DNA of 64,000 nt, taken from the NCBI GenBank assembly GCA_964035545.1, contig OZ037767.1, forward strand, positions 12,224,581-12,288,580, given 5' to 3'. Positions 13,701-24,630 of this stretch are shown piece by piece (the stretch's first letter is position 1; every line of letters starts with the position of its first letter). A program made the translations under genes and the position numbers. The notes beneath the pieces are model-generated. The model was not told the DNA's origin, searched no databases, and worked only from the letters and a program-made list of their open reading frames with translations. Source of the DNA: Bugula neritina (taxonomy: Eukaryota > Animalia > Bryozoa).

Positions 13701-16700
13701 CTGCGACTATACTATACACTGTGACTATACTATACACTGCGACTATACTATACACTGTGTCTATACTATACACTGTGACTATACTATATACTGTGACTAT
13801 ACTATACACTGTGACTATACTATACACTGCGACTATACTATACACTGTGACTATACTATACACTGCGACTATACTATACACTGTGACTATACTATACAAT
13901 GTGACTATACTATACACTGTGACCCTGCTAAAACCACCGTAGCATATGGTGCACATAAAGCTATATAAAATGCCATTCTGATATAGGGATCTAAGGAAAT
14001 GAAAATATAGAAAAAAAGAATTATCTAATGTCAGTGAAATGAAAATGAATGCCACTTTTTCATGAAAATACCAATTTGATAAATTCCAGTGATTTGAGTG
14101 ACTATAGAAGAGTGACAAGTGGTAAGCAAGCTCTATCCACTACAGAATTCTAAGAGACCGACAGAAAGTGAATGCATTAGACTACATTGTCAGCTGCAAG
14201 TCACTACTAGCTGCAGTATAACTATACCTGGAGTTCGTATGCTCAGCATAGCATGGCAGGCGAGCTCTGCAATGAAACAGTGGCTGTGATAACTGGACGT
14301 CCGTCACGTGTCTCGACAATGAACAAGTCATGTACTAAGGCTACATGATGGCAGGCCCCAGTGCAATATTTACTCTGCTACTAACTGTTGCTTAGCAACT
14401 GTGGCCCAGTGAATATTCATATCAGTCTACATATTTACCTGGACATTACTGCTTAGTTGCCATGAAGAGAGGCTAGAAACTCTACTATGTACTACACTAC
14501 TACATCATGCATTGTCTAAGAAATAACAAATCAGGGCTAAACTAATGCATGAGAAGACAACTCTCAAATAGAGACCAATTTGCAGGTAGATTAAGGAAAT
14601 TACTTGCATAAACTATAAAACCTGTGCAACATTCGGTCTGAAAAATGGATGATAGAGTGATGCTGTAACTTCTTGCTCCATCAGCATGCAGTACTTATAC
14701 TATGCTACAAACTCCCCCTTTACCCCCTATACCATATATATACACTACGTATTGTATTTTATGTCAATTGATTAAACTGTAAACAATCCAGTTGCATTTT
14801 ATCAACAAAAACAAATATGCTTTCCTGAGACCTTTCTTTAGTTAACAACTGTGTTTAAATATTATAAACTATACTAAATACTAGAGTGAGTACCTGCACA
14901 TCTTATCTAATATGTAGGGGAAGTGCACTGATGTACCTTCTATGCTTTATACAGATACATGGACGAGAGCCTCATTACTACTAACCTATTCAGAAATTTA
15001 GCCTCAGAGTAGAGTGCATATTCAGCCTGAGGATCCTCCAACTCAGTGTTGATATCCAGAAGAGATTTGTTGTTGGTTTCCCCTGAGCTGTACAGCATCT
15101 TATTGATTAAATAGATATTAGTAGATGTCGAGGAAGAAGGCTCCCCCCTCTCCACATCCTTAATGGTGGCCTGGTGGGAACTCAGTCTAATTGGTGATTT
15201 GGTACTTCTCTTCAGCAATGAAGAGTTGTTGTTCTAAAATGTGGCAAGAATAAAACTGACGTAAAATGTTGTATTACGTTAAATAAAAATGAAAACGAAA
15301 TAAAATCCAGCTGACAATAATGATAACTGTAAGTGTATCTTCAACAGTATGTACTGGTGTATCTTCAACAGTATCTACTGGTGTATCTTCAACAGTATGT
15401 ACTGGGGTATCTTCAACAGTATCTACTGGGGTATCTGTGATGTATGCATGTGTAAGCTCACCTCTGTCTGGTTTTTCTCTGTGAGTTGCAAAAGACGCTC
15501 CTTACGTTGGTGAATGCTCTTACGGAGGTTACCTGGGAGGAAGTTGCTCAGTTTATCACTTGGTATGTTGGGGTCTGATTTGGGGGTTTTAATTTCAGAT
15601 GAGCTGTCAAGGTCAACTACGAAGGCCATGTTCTTAGACACAGTACCCCCTCCTGGAAACATGGTAAATTCAATGTTGAACAAAATATCAATAATATATG
15701 GATTTGGTTGAGTTTGGATATAAATAATGTTCTCACTAGACTTGAAAATAGGTTAACTCAATTTCCAGATGCCAACTATGTTAATGGCAGTAACTTTGAC
15801 TCTTGATATCTGTAGCATGGCAGCTTTATCTATTGTTTCACTTAGCAGTATGTATATATCCTGTTTTCTAAATCTATAAACTATCCTTGTGATAAATATG
15901 AGCATTACAGTTGATAGTAAGAATTAGTACAATGCACCCAAAGAATTGACATCTTAACCATTTATTGTCTACCATTTGTTTTGCCAGAAATCCATATAGA
16001 CACAGCATTAAGTAACTTTCAGCAAATACTTGTCAACCTTTAATGATTATAAATATATCATATTATACTAAATACTAACTTGGCAAATATAATCATTATG
16101 ATACAACCAGTGATGGGGAAGACTCCATTTTATTCATTTTGAAACTTAATTATTAGATTAAAGTAAACATTCATTGATAGTGATAACCCTTACTCTACGG
16201 CCTACGCCCATTTGTCCGAACAGTTAAAAAGTGAAAGATTTTTTATGAGCACAAAACTAGTTATAAAAGAAAATTGTTTGGGCACACAACTCTGAAACTA
16301 CATCTAACATCATTTCTGAATATGTTAATCATACTTTGAGTGTTGAGTGAGCATTACATTTTAATGAGAAATAAGAGAAGAGTGGTTTGTTTTAGATTTA
16401 CTGTAAAATATTACTTTGATGGCTTGCATATTTCAAACGAAAACACATGTTTACAACCAATGCTTTTCTTGCAGAGTTCTGTTTACAATCTAATTTATTT
16501 GGTTTTAGGTAAAAATGGCACCGATAATAATGGCACAGGTAATAATGGCACCAGTAAGAAGGGCACGAATAGAAAGGTAAAAAAAAATGGCACACTGATG
16601 TTAAATTTTTCCAAACCCCAAACTCAAACCCTCAACTCTTACACACCCAACCCCACCCCAAACTCTAATATTGAAAGTGTGCCACTTTTACCTACTTTGC

Positions 16701-19700
16701 CATTTGTGCCATTATTACCGGACACCAATTTGGTTTGCCATATTTAAAAACATTTGAAAATGCCACATTATTCAATATTATATTAATAGTTTAATATGAA
16801 TGTTAAAAATTTGATATTCATTAAAGATTTATATTATAGTTATTGACTAATAATTTAGTTTTGGTGGCACCAAACAGGACTAGTACCAGACTTGAAGAAA
16901 CAATAAGGGAATTGACACTTTCTCTATAAGCTGCGGAAGTACCATGTATAAAGAAGTAGAATGATTAAAGCATACAGTGTTGACATACCATCAGTGTTGG
17001 ATTGGTTAGCGGGTATATACGTAGACCTCTTTTCCTCAATTGCTTTCTGTGTGTGCTTGTCCTGATCTTTCTGTCTCTGCATGTCTTTGAGTAGTTGTTT
17101 GTTGTGATCATCAGCCCCAGACTCTCCCCACCATGTTGGTTGCCCATACAACGGCGTGCCTCTCTTTGTGGCAGCACCTACACAGTGTATTAAGTGTCCA
17201 GTTACTCTGAAGCTGTCGGTGAGACTACTAAATAACACCTGGTTTACAGTGCAACTTAATAACTAGTAGCTAGTAACTAGTAACTGATAACTAGTAGCTA
17301 GTAACTGGCAGCTAGTAATTAGTAGCTAGTAAATAGTAACTGAAAACTAGTAACTGTAAACAATCACAGCTAAACTCTACTGCTAGACTCTAGAGTCTAG
17401 ATAAAAGACAAAGTTTGCTCAGCAATGTTAGATATGAAATGTTAATAGCAGATTATAGAATGCATCTCCTAAGTGTAATCAATATTACATAATATGTAGT
17501 ATGTACAGCAGCTGGATTAACTTCAGTTCATGAAGTGTGTGAACTGGAGAGTGTCAATGTGGGAGAAAACTCAAACATGTCACTGAATTTAATTATATAC
17601 ATACAAACATACATACGTGTACGTGTGCTCATATGCATGTGTATGCATAGGCTATGTGTGTATATAAACACACACACATATATGTATATGTTTATATGTA
17701 AAGGTAATTGACTATCTAAACATTGGAAATCTTGAACACCTATGACAGTAATGGTTTTCAATTATTAAATAACTGATGTAAATGAAACAAAAATTGAAAA
17801 TTGTGACATTTTACTGTAATCATCTAGGAACAAGTTAACACCTGAAAATTGTCTTTAATTTCACCGAATTAGTAAAAAAAATTAGTAAGAGTTTTCTACA
17901 TATTACCTAGGACCTCAGGCTTTGTTTAATTATGCAATGTACAGCTTTGGCTTTGCCGTATTTCATATATTAGGCTTAATTAAGCCTTTTGACTGGGGTA
18001 TAGTTAATTTATAACCCTTTCAGTAAAACCATTTGAAACTTCAGATAGATAGGCAAAATATGTATTGTAGGACATTGGGTTTACAATATCATATTTAATG
18101 TTCAGCTGATGAGTGCTTATTGGAATGATTGCAGTATTTATTTGAAACTGTAGTGTTCAACATTTGAAAAGGCAGCATTATTTATTTGAAGGGCTAAATC
18201 CTAATTACTTTCATACTCCTACTCATATATCTAAGTACTAGTTAGTGGAAACTAGCAGCCAATAACTGCAAATGAAATTGTAACTGCAATCATTTTAATG
18301 ATGGAGCCTGTTACTCAACTATAGGTCCAACAAAATCTTGAGACAGCATTTAAATGTGGCTCAAACCATGAACGCCTGATAAGGGTTACCTTGGTTGTAT
18401 TTGCCAATTGTATTGGTAGAGGTAATTCTTGCCAACTAACTTTTCCACCATAACAAGATAGCATCAGCAAATAAGTGAAGGTAACGGAGGCCTGCCATGA
18501 GCATACAACCCTACCAGCATGCTATATTCTATACTTACTGCTACTTGAATACCTCTACACGTACTACTAGTCACTAGAACCTCTGAAACAATGCTGACAA
18601 TCTATTCTTCTACATAATACAGTATTGTATCATCAAATTCCTCACAATTCACTGATGCTGACCACTACAGTGTTTTGTAAATAAAAAAAAACGTATAATA
18701 CCTTAAAAGTCTGAAAGTGGTATCATTTAGCCTTACAGATTGCATCTATTGGGAACTTTCCCTTTACTATTTGAAATGTATTGCCTAATTTACACCCCTA
18801 GGCTAGTTGCAATCAGTAAATCTCTTTTACAACATAAAAAGTCTCAAATATGACTATCTACTTACTCAGCTGTTCGACTCTATCATTGCTCCTTATAGTG
18901 TAAGAGACTTGTTGAGTTGTCTTCTCTCCACCATATTGAGTATGGTCTCTACAATATATTTGTGTAGGGAATTATCTAATGTGTGGTCATGTGTTATAAC
19001 TAGAGCTAAATTAAGCACCATATATTTGCAAGTACAGCAAGTACACTACCAACACCTTGCTTTATACCCATCACATAGTTGTGGATCATAAGTCAAACAG
19101 GAGAAAATAAATCTTTATAGAAAGGCTGAAAGTTTTTATAGTTTATACATGGTGGCATTGGTGAAACTAATATTTCCTAAATCTTACCCTTTGCTGTGGG
19201 AGTTGTCTAAACCTGTCACATGCTGAGCAAGAGTATTCTGAGGTGGAGGTTTAGTGTCTGGTACCAAATGTAAAGGAGAGACAGGGCTGACCCTGGGCCC
19301 CAGGTCATCGGGAGAGCTGTGTGAATTAGCTGACTGTGCAGACACCGTGTCAACTTCTACAGAGTTCAGCTCTGAGTTAATCCCACAAGAATGGTGGAGT
19401 TCTTGTTCTTGAATACAACCCTAGTAATGGGTATAGTGTGTTACACATGTTGCAACAATAGAGTACATCTTAACAAAATAGCTGTTGTTTTCCATCTTTT
19501 CATTCTTCATTGAACTCTAATTTTACTCTAAATATGGTTTTGTTTGTTAAGTATTCTTTAAAATTCATTATGATTGTTCAACTGTTCCCAAAACCTGTAG
19601 TGTCCAGTGACTTTAGGAATTAGGATTTGAAAGCTTAGGAACAACTAGCAAGTTCACTGTAAACCCTTGCATCCTTCAGCCCTGTGGTATTTCTGACAGT

Positions 19701-22700
19701 GAGAGAAATGAGTAGTGTTTATATCCTGAGAGATGTCCCTGATTTCAATTCTAGAAGGGCAGATTTCCCCCTTCCCCTGACTGCACTATACACATTCACA
19801 CAGAAACTTTGCATTAATATAGTTCTCTAAACCAATGAAATGTGTTTAAATGATTTCACAAAATAATTTTCTTTATAAATTATAAAAACCTAAACATGTG
19901 AGAAAGCTGCTGTTTATCTCTAGCCCCCCCCCCCCCTTTTTATAGGCCTAGGCAACAATATTACAAGCTGACATCCTGCGCTGCTTTTTACTGTGTTGGA
20001 ATAGCTCTGAAATTCAATGTCCCTTGTGCATTAATGGAAACCCAAGAAACCTATTCTAAAATAAACTTTAAAAAATGAGCTTCAAAAGAATTAGTATGTG
20101 TTAGTAATAGTATGTGTTATAGCATATTACTGTTATTAGTATGTGTTATAGTATAGTGCTGTTATTAGTACACCTACCTTACACTCAGCCAACAAAGGCC
20201 GTCTGTCCCACGTAGGTCTACCACCACTCTTACTACCCTGACTGTTGCTTCGAGTGAGAGTGTAGGGAGAATAACTCCGGATATCCTCAGCTGAGTGACT
20301 ACTACTACTACAGCTACTACTACGTCGAAGCATGTCCAGTGACTGTGATTGTGGAAGACTATAAGATACTCTAGTGTCAGTGGATGATGGACATCTTAAC
20401 TTCAGTAATCTTGATTGTGTTTATGTGTTAAAGAGTTTAAGTGTGAGGCAAAACTTTGAACAAACACTTTTACTTAACATGACATAATGCTGGCAAACAT
20501 ATTCCACAGTTGAAGAAAGTTAAAAAGAAATATATTCATCAAAATAGAAATTTAACAAAATCAATATTTGTTTCAACCCTGTTTACACAAAATGGAGGAG
20601 TTTTCTTCCTTTAACCTTTCTAAAGTTGGCTGATGGGTTGATGAACAAGCTGCAGTTATGATATATAATAATGGTACAGGTAATAATGGTACATTTTCAA
20701 TATTGGGGTTGGGGTTTAGTTTGGGATTAGGGGTTTGGGCAAATTCAACTCAGTGTGCTATTTTTATCTAGGCCGTCATTACCTGTGCCATTTTTACTAT
20801 GCCATTTTTACCTGTGCCATTTCTACCTAAAATTGTTTTGATCATATTTACTATATAGGTTGGACATAATTAAGTTAACTCTATTATGTAAATTATATTA
20901 ATATAACATCACAGTTACATTTACATTACCACCTCAGTTTTATCTTTGACATTTTTAATAAAATTACTGTCTGTACAGTATTATAATATCTATCAGTAAT
21001 CATATTGAATAATATAAAATACCCATTACCATTAATGTTTTTACTATTATATAAATTTTTAGACACTTACAAAGCTATAAATACTTGAAATATTCTTACT
21101 AATATCAGTTTTATTATCATTATCATCACACTTGTATTGATGCTAGTAAAGGCTGTACCAATAGTAATTTCTTTCTTAAGGGTATGAAACTTTCTCCATT
21201 CATTTTACTGTTTTAATGTAACAGAACTAAGCTCTATGGCATACAATCAGCAAATTTCTGAGTAAGTGGTTCTTTAATAAATCATGTGAAACCCAGTCCA
21301 ACAGATACCAAAAAATATAATAATCTATCATTGGAAGCCTTATGCAAGTTCTGGAAACCTTGTGGTGCAGATGTAAAGGGTCATTGGAAATATTCAGAAG
21401 AATACCTGAGACTACACCTTGGAAAGGCCAAAACAAAGTTAAAACAAAGTTGAGATGAAGCTATAGTGTACCAACACATCTTAATGAAGAGGTTTTCACC
21501 AATGAGTAGAATTATGGCTACAATGAATGAGTGCAAAAGGATATGATCACCAAGCTGCAGAGTGTCTCCAACATTCACGGCTATAAAAGTCTGATCTGGA
21601 ATTCTCTTACCATTTATGAAGGTCTAAAACAGTTGAATTATATGTCAATATGTCAACACTCAACATACAGTTGTATATATTATATGTCGGGCTAGGCCCT
21701 AGCAGAATGGCGGTACTCACCCCAGCAGAAGTGCCTAAATCTTTCACTTGGAAATTATTTTGATAATGATTATAGGTGAGGAGAGCGTGCCTCTTGTCTA
21801 CACCATCCCACTGCAATAACAATCCCATATCAACTATAGTTCACACAAGCATCTTGGTTAGTATAGTAATTGCAAATTACACTGACTGCAACCAATATAG
21901 ACTAGTTTCTCTATTTGAAAATAGAACAGAGCGTATCAGTGACCAACACCGAAATCAATGTCTCTTTAGTAGAACTAACAGTACAGAGCTACATTTTTAT
22001 GCTAATTCCTGGAACAGTTTGGGAACATAAAATGGAATAAAATGAAGAGCTACTGGCTGCCCAGTCAGGTTTTAAATAATAACTTCTATTAACAAAACTG
22101 CAGCAGATTTGAGTACTCATCAGAACTGGACCATTTTTATTTCTTATCCATTAGTTTTACTTGTCAATAAGGATATCAATAACACGTTGCTGCAACAAGT
22201 ATAATGATTATAAGCAATCTGTTTCATTTTAATTTCATCAACAAATTTATAAAATGAAACCATCGGTATTTATGACTACAATTATAACTATTGTATAGTA
22301 CTATTTACTATTATACAATAGTTATAATCATCAAGTCCCTATGCTTCTGTTGAAGGTTACTCAATACTAACCATAGTATGTGTCAATGTAAAACAATACA
22401 GAACTATTCCAGAGACTATTACGAAGTTGAGATTGTGATTGATGATGTCATCCCCATGGGTCCTGATGACATTTTGACCCTATCACTATCTAACCAATCA
22501 TATCAGGTTACTGACATGAATAGCTGTCCATCAGAGTGAGTCTTAGTTGCAACTAATTTATTTTAATGGTGGTTGGACCAGTCAGTATTTATAGTTGTGT
22601 GATAATAGCATGCTTGAAGAGTTGTCTTGCTGAGTATGCGCGCAAGCACTTGGTATCTCCCAATACAGCCTTATTCAGAGGGTTTTGCACAGTAGAATTT

Positions 22701-23423
22701 TTGTAAAACCGGGCTGATAACTATTTTTTTCTACAAGGAGTTACAGTGCTCCCTCTACGTCTCATGGTTCCATAAACTTATAAAACTGCAACAAATTCCA
22801 TCATTTTACAGTGTATATAACTTTTACCCTCTCTTTATTAACAACTCTAAGAGAAATCAGTTATTCAGTATTTCTATCCATAACTTGGAGTAGATACTAT
22901 GATAATCCAGTGCATGTATGTTTAGAATAAAATACTGTTGAATGAAAAATCAAATGCATCCCTCTGCTCATTGGATGCTATAACTAATCTAAATATTACA
23001 TAACCAATGAGCTTCAGGGGTTTTAGTCTCCAGCTTTCAAACTATATCCTACACTAAGCTGATTAGAGTTTAATTACAAGAAATGTGATTTTACCTGCCA
23101 GTCACCAAATGCTTACAATATACTCAAGTCACTTAGCTAAAAGCTAGTTTATTTCCTTCACACTCACCTGTACTTATATGTCACACTCACCTGTACTTAT
23201 ATGTCACACTCACCTGTACTTACATGCCACACTCAATTGCACTTCCATGTCACACTCACCTGTACTTATATGTCACACTCGCCTGTACTTACATGTCAAA
23301 CATACTCGCACCCACCTGTACATTGATGTCACAGTCACAGTGGCCAAGAAACACCATAGTGCGAGGGAGTAGACAGTCAATCTGTCCATCTTCACTTGTC
23401 AACCTATATTCAGGGGAGGCCAT
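1789..23423 (-). CDS. CEP170: CEP170-like centrosomal protein (N-terminal FHA domain); about 1010 aa in the window, 3' end not found and probably beyond the window start
   Basis: Phase-consistent exons (minus): 23423-23316, 21810-21721, 21623-21545, 20416-20178, 19420-19188, 18948-18866, 17177-16989, 15652-15462, 15233-14986, 13302-13099, 12945-12819, 6594-6501, 5909-5649, 5065-4534, 4075-3878, 2296-2174, 1821-1789. The N-terminus MASPEYRLTSEDGQIDCLLPRTMVFLGHCDCDINVQ|WDGVDKRHALLTYNHYQNNFQVKDLGTSAG|TFINGKRIPDQTFI matches the CEP170 FHA domain. Family motifs RGTPLYGQPTWWG, SESGTYTIEE..AREDIDRLFG and PNRTFELRRAR are present. Confidence 0.9.
2505..3834. repeat. 17-bp minisatellite (GTAGTAGTAACATACGT) interrupted by a MITE
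   Basis: Tandem units on both sides of 2970-3313. Confidence 0.95.
2970..3313. mobile_element. PIF/Harbinger-type (Tourist-like) MITE, 344 bp, TAA TSD
   Basis: About 69-bp TIRs (GCCTAGAGCCACACGGTGCGTATTTT...) with 2 mismatches, flanked by TAA on both sides. Removing the element and one TAA restores the host repeat unit. Confidence 0.88.
5250..5636. repeat. 21-bp minisatellite in two opposing orientations
   Basis: ATATACTCTTACACTGGCAGT about 7 times (5272-5413), then its reverse complement ACTGCCAGTGTAAGAGTATAT about 10 times (5419-5636). Confidence 0.95.
6604..6822. repeat. 42-bp minisatellite, about 5 copies
   Basis: AGAGTATAACATGTATATGGAGGTATACTCAGCTATGTATAA tandem. Confidence 0.9.
8186..8325. 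repeat. 19-bp minisatellite (TCTCAGACTATAGAATATA), about 7 copies
   Basis: Tandem periodicity. Confidence 0.9.
8493..8634. repeat. 43-bp tandem repeat, about 3.3 copies
   Basis: GGAGACAGTGTCACTCAAAGTACACAATCACCTGCAGGCACAG starting at 8493, 8536 and 8579. Confidence 0.85.
9062..9300 (+). mobile_element. tRNA-derived SINE (degenerate)
   Basis: A-box-like TGGCACAGTTG and B-box-like GGTTGAAACCC at tRNA-like spacing, followed by a GC-richer body; no intact cloverleaf. Confidence 0.55.
9513..10262. repeat. Compound 8/10-bp satellite (TACTACAGAG/TGCTACAGAG/TACTAGAG) with higher-order structure
   Basis: Tandem mixed monomers; landmark variants recur at a 422-bp offset. Confidence 0.92.
10510..10725. 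repeat. Degenerate (CAGTACAGTGTATATA)-type low-complexity repeat
   Basis: Tandem TACAG/TATA motifs. Confidence 0.8.
11158..11580. repeat. 23-bp minisatellite (TGTCTATAAGGTATATACAGTAA), about 18 copies
   Basis: Tandem periodicity of 23. Confidence 0.93.
12210..12310. repeat. 19-bp tandem repeat (AACAGAATATGACACATTT), 5 copies
   Basis: Tandem periodicity. Confidence 0.88.
13378..13922. repeat. 18-bp minisatellite (ACTATACTATACACTGTG), about 30 copies
   Basis: Tandem periodicity; source of the VTVYSI pseudo-ORFs. Confidence 0.95.
15335..15437. repeat. 24-bp tandem repeat (GTATCTTCAACAGTATGTACTGGT), 4 copies
   Basis: Tandem periodicity. Confidence 0.85.
16504..16726 (+). mobile_element. Dispersed non-autonomous element with 15-bp subrepeats (AGGTAAAAATGGCAC), copy 1
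   Basis: Tandem 15-mers, an (AAACCC)-like linker and inverted 15-mers at the right end; a second copy lies in opposite orientation at 20667-20830. Confidence 0.6.
20417..21544 (-). other. U12-type (minor spliceosome) AT-AC intron of CEP170
   Basis: 5' splice site ATATCCTTTT at 21544-21535. Branch-like CTCTTTAAC at 20435-20427, ending 10 nt before the terminal AC (20418-20417). Splicing keeps the frame: ...QLGDQSRLLKL... Confidence 0.88.
20667..20830 (-). mobile_element. Same dispersed element, copy 2 (inverted), inside the U12 intron
   Basis: GTGCCATTTTTACCT repeats and a GGGGTT/GGGTTT linker, reverse complement of the 16504 copy. Confidence 0.6.
23158..23300. repeat. 23-bp tandem repeat containing splice-donor copies
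   Basis: TCACACTCACCTGTACTTATATG about 6 times; the minus strand reads GTACAGGTGAGTGTGA. Confidence 0.88.
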
Positions 23424-24421
23424 GGCTCATCATGGTGGCATTCTCTTAATTTTCTACAGAATATCAAAATCTTGCTACAAGGTAATATAACTCTACAACG
23501 AAGGGTATTCTCAAATGCCTCAGAAACCAATAACTAACTTCAGTCAATACAACTAAGAAACTCCACCCATGCCTGAATGATGTATAATAGCTCATTGATC
23601 TGCTCTCAATGCTGGCAGTGAGCAAACCCAACATAAATCATTACACACAGCTTCACAAAAGAAATACTCAATATATTCTACACTAGCAACATGATATATT
23701 TATAGGAATTTCTCAATCTGTATTATAAAAAAACAACAGGAAGGTGACAAAATCAGGAGTTGAGTACAAAATTAGCTCAGCACCATATCCATACCCTCAG
23801 TTAGCTTTCAGTTTCTATTCACTAATGAGTTATTTACAAGTTAAATGTAAGAATACTTATTGCCAACACAAACAGTAGTACTTGGGTTTATGCAGATGGG
23901 AATGACTAACCACATACCCTGTGTTTACTTGTCCGAATAACCTGAGCAATTAACAAAACCCTTCCTACCAACTAATACCAATGTTACATCCTTTTCTGGG
24001 TCCCACTAGCAGCATAGGCAAGTTTGCGAATACTATTACTTACTATTTTATTAGTAAATAAAAGACAAAACTATGTAGGGATAGGCTGAGTGCAAGTGGA
24101 AAAGTAGTTAATCAAATATAATGTACATGTAATAAAGGCAATACGCTAGCTGCATGTCCGGTGAGAATTAACTGAATCTAGCTATAGTTAGTAACCCTGT
24201 ATATTACTGGCAATGCATCATACAATTTACAAACTCATGTAATCAATAGAGTAAATGAGCTGAACATAAACTGCTATCAAAGCCAAAGGTTTTCATTCAA
24301 CTACTGCAAGGATTCATTGGGATAATTTCCTTACAGTCTATTTACTTCATCAACCATGTTAACTCCATAACTTCTGATATATTAGAGTTAGTTGTAAAAT
24401 ATCACAATCACTCCGGTGACA

Positions 24422-24630
24422 TTAGTAAAACCTGGGGTCCAATAGTAAAACCTGAGGTCCAATAGTAGGCTAAAACCTGAGGTTCAATAGTAAAACCTGA
24501 GATTCAATAGTAAAACCTGGGGACCAATAGTAAAATCTGAGGTCCAATAGTAAGCTAAAACCTGAGGTTCAATAGTAAAACCTGAGATTCAATAGTAAAA
24601 CCTGGGGACCAAAAGTAAAACCTGGGGTTC
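24422..24630. repeat. About 20-bp minisatellite (AATAGTAAAACCTGAGGTCC), about 9 copies
   Basis: Tandem periodicity. Confidence 0.88.

Noticed and set aside
9690-14118. ORFs such as (VLQSTTEYYR)n and (VTVYSI)n
   Set aside because: Translations of tandem repeats.
23414-23481. Plus-strand exon-like GGHGSSWWHSLNF segment
   Set aside because: Overlaps the CEP170 start exon in antisense; coincidental.
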